Shown one piece after another: positions 62,403 through 64,000 of a stretch of DNA of 64,000 bases; the first letter of the stretch is position 1, and the number at the start of each line of letters is the position of its first letter. The stretch covers positions 15,314,001 to 15,378,000 of the forward strand of contig OZ286462.1 in NCBI GenBank assembly GCA_965644265.1, read 5' to 3'. A program made the translations under genes and the position numbers. The DNA is from Glycera tridactyla (taxonomy: Eukaryota). The notes below the pieces were generated by a model. That model worked only from the letters and a program-made list of their open reading frames with translations. It was not told the origin of the DNA and searched no databases.

Positions 62403-64000
62403 AGTGATACCGGATTGATAATACTAGGTAATTGATCTACCATGGCCCATCATTGAAGAAAATCACATTCTCACCGTGGATAGGATGTTACCAATGCAAT
62501 GCTTTGCACTGCAGTTATGATTGATTACCTCCACGATTATGAAAAGTTCATACCATGGTTTGCTCGTTCCCACCACGAGAACTATTCGATGCCCGGGTTG
62601 AAATAGTCACACCATACTTGTGATCAGTTTACACTGTTGAAGTTGTAATTACATTTGGAAATATATTTTTTTTCTGATGCCACTTATGGGTCACTGTACT
62701 GTCCTGTCTCATGAAACGCAAATGAACTTGCAGTATTGACATGGTGAAATCCTAATGATCGAGGCATATCTCGAGGCATTGTCCGGTTCCAGTAGATCCT
62801 TCAACACATGCATGGCAAAATAGGATTCTGATGGGTTGTTTGGGATCGGAGTAATATCAATATCCAAACAAACTTTTCTTAAGGATGCCTGCCTTGCGGG
62901 CATCCTTCTTCTTATCACTCTCGTTTGGGACTGCAGTTTAGATGACCGAAAATGGAACATATTTTGACATTTTTTTTGGTAGCTGATTGAAAGTGATAAA
63001 CTTCTCCGATTCCCATGCAATCTTGTATGGTTGTTGTGAAAGCCTGTCTGCATTGCATAGATTACTTGGATAGCTCTTCATGAGTCTATCTTCCATGAAA
63101 ATGGCTCCCACTTCCAGAAAATTCTTGCCAACTCATAATCGATCTTGGCTTGCCATCAGGTTTGAAACCGATAGTGATATGAATACTCTCTACTTTTTCT
63201 GTTCATTTCAAACTGATGTTTCATTGCATTATATGTGTATAAGTTTCAGCATTTTGATCCTGGAAGCCATCTGATCATTTGATCACACCATTTGTTCCTT
63301 CATAGGTGAAAATTACATGTTTTCAGGTCAGGTTTGAAGATTAAGACAGCTCCTGTATCAGCTGTGTACTGGATAAATGAGGCGCCCATGTGCAGACGAA
63401 AATGGAAGAGCAGACGACAAATATCGAACTAACGGTTGAAACGATTGAAACGGTGGGTGGGTATGTGGGTTGCTGGGAAGTGGATGGTCATTTGGGTGGG
63501 TGGGTGGGTGGTCGTATGAGTGGGTGGGTGGGTGGATGGTTGACTGCCTGAAGGACGGGGGTTTAAAGGACCTTAAACCTGGACAATCAAACAAATGATC
63601 AGTCAATACTTCATCTGGCATCCTTTTTTCGGCATACAGGCCTAGTTTGTAAAAGAACACTATGGCAGGATAAGAGGCCACCGCCAAATACTTTATGATG
63701 TATCCTTGCTAACAATATCATATTCGGTGTAGAAGACCCAGCAGATACCTCTTCTCATATCTCAATAACACTGGTATGTTTGTGGTATGAATAAATTGTA
63801 TCGATTCATATAGCTTGATTCGAAATGATTTAGTATATTACATTATCTCTGAACAAAGTTTGATTAGGTAAATTTATTATGATAAGAATATGTGATAGAA
63901 ATGTAGCAGAATATGTGACTCTGTCTTCCTCTTAGTGTAATCAACAGCGCCAGCTCAACCCTTTAGTTTGTACATATGTGTATATGAGCAAATCTCTGTT

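Overview
Animal (probably marine invertebrate) genomic DNA from a gapped, short-read-style assembly with 7 N-gaps. Most short ORFs in the supplied track are spurious or come from repeats. The window is dominated by one large plus-strand ionotropic glutamate-receptor-family gene. I reconstructed seven GT-AG exons by hand with consistent phases (1498-1733, 16525-16740, 41195-41299, 41660-41791, 42606-42809, 46244-47076, 48175-48389/48412), plus a candidate terminal exon at 62308-62402; its 5' exons appear to lie upstream of the window. Its ligand pocket carries the Ser/Val/Trp-Asp signature of glycine/D-serine-type (GluN1/delta/epsilon-like) subunits rather than the glutamate signature. A four-exon ankyrin-repeat + SOCS-box (ASB-like) gene is nested antisense in the 24.5-kb intron, and its 3' UTR may run across a receptor exon. 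The introns hold four decayed CR1/L2-type LINE pieces, a MITE inserted into a copy of itself, pogo/Tc1-like MITEs, 37/90/100/107-bp tandem arrays (the 100-bp array shows a 600-bp higher-order unit), a 1.1-kb tandem duplication and microsatellites. I found no rRNA, tRNA, CRISPR or prokaryotic system. The best novelty candidates are the atypical receptor and its antisense E3-adaptor partner; both are hypotheses, not demonstrated systems.
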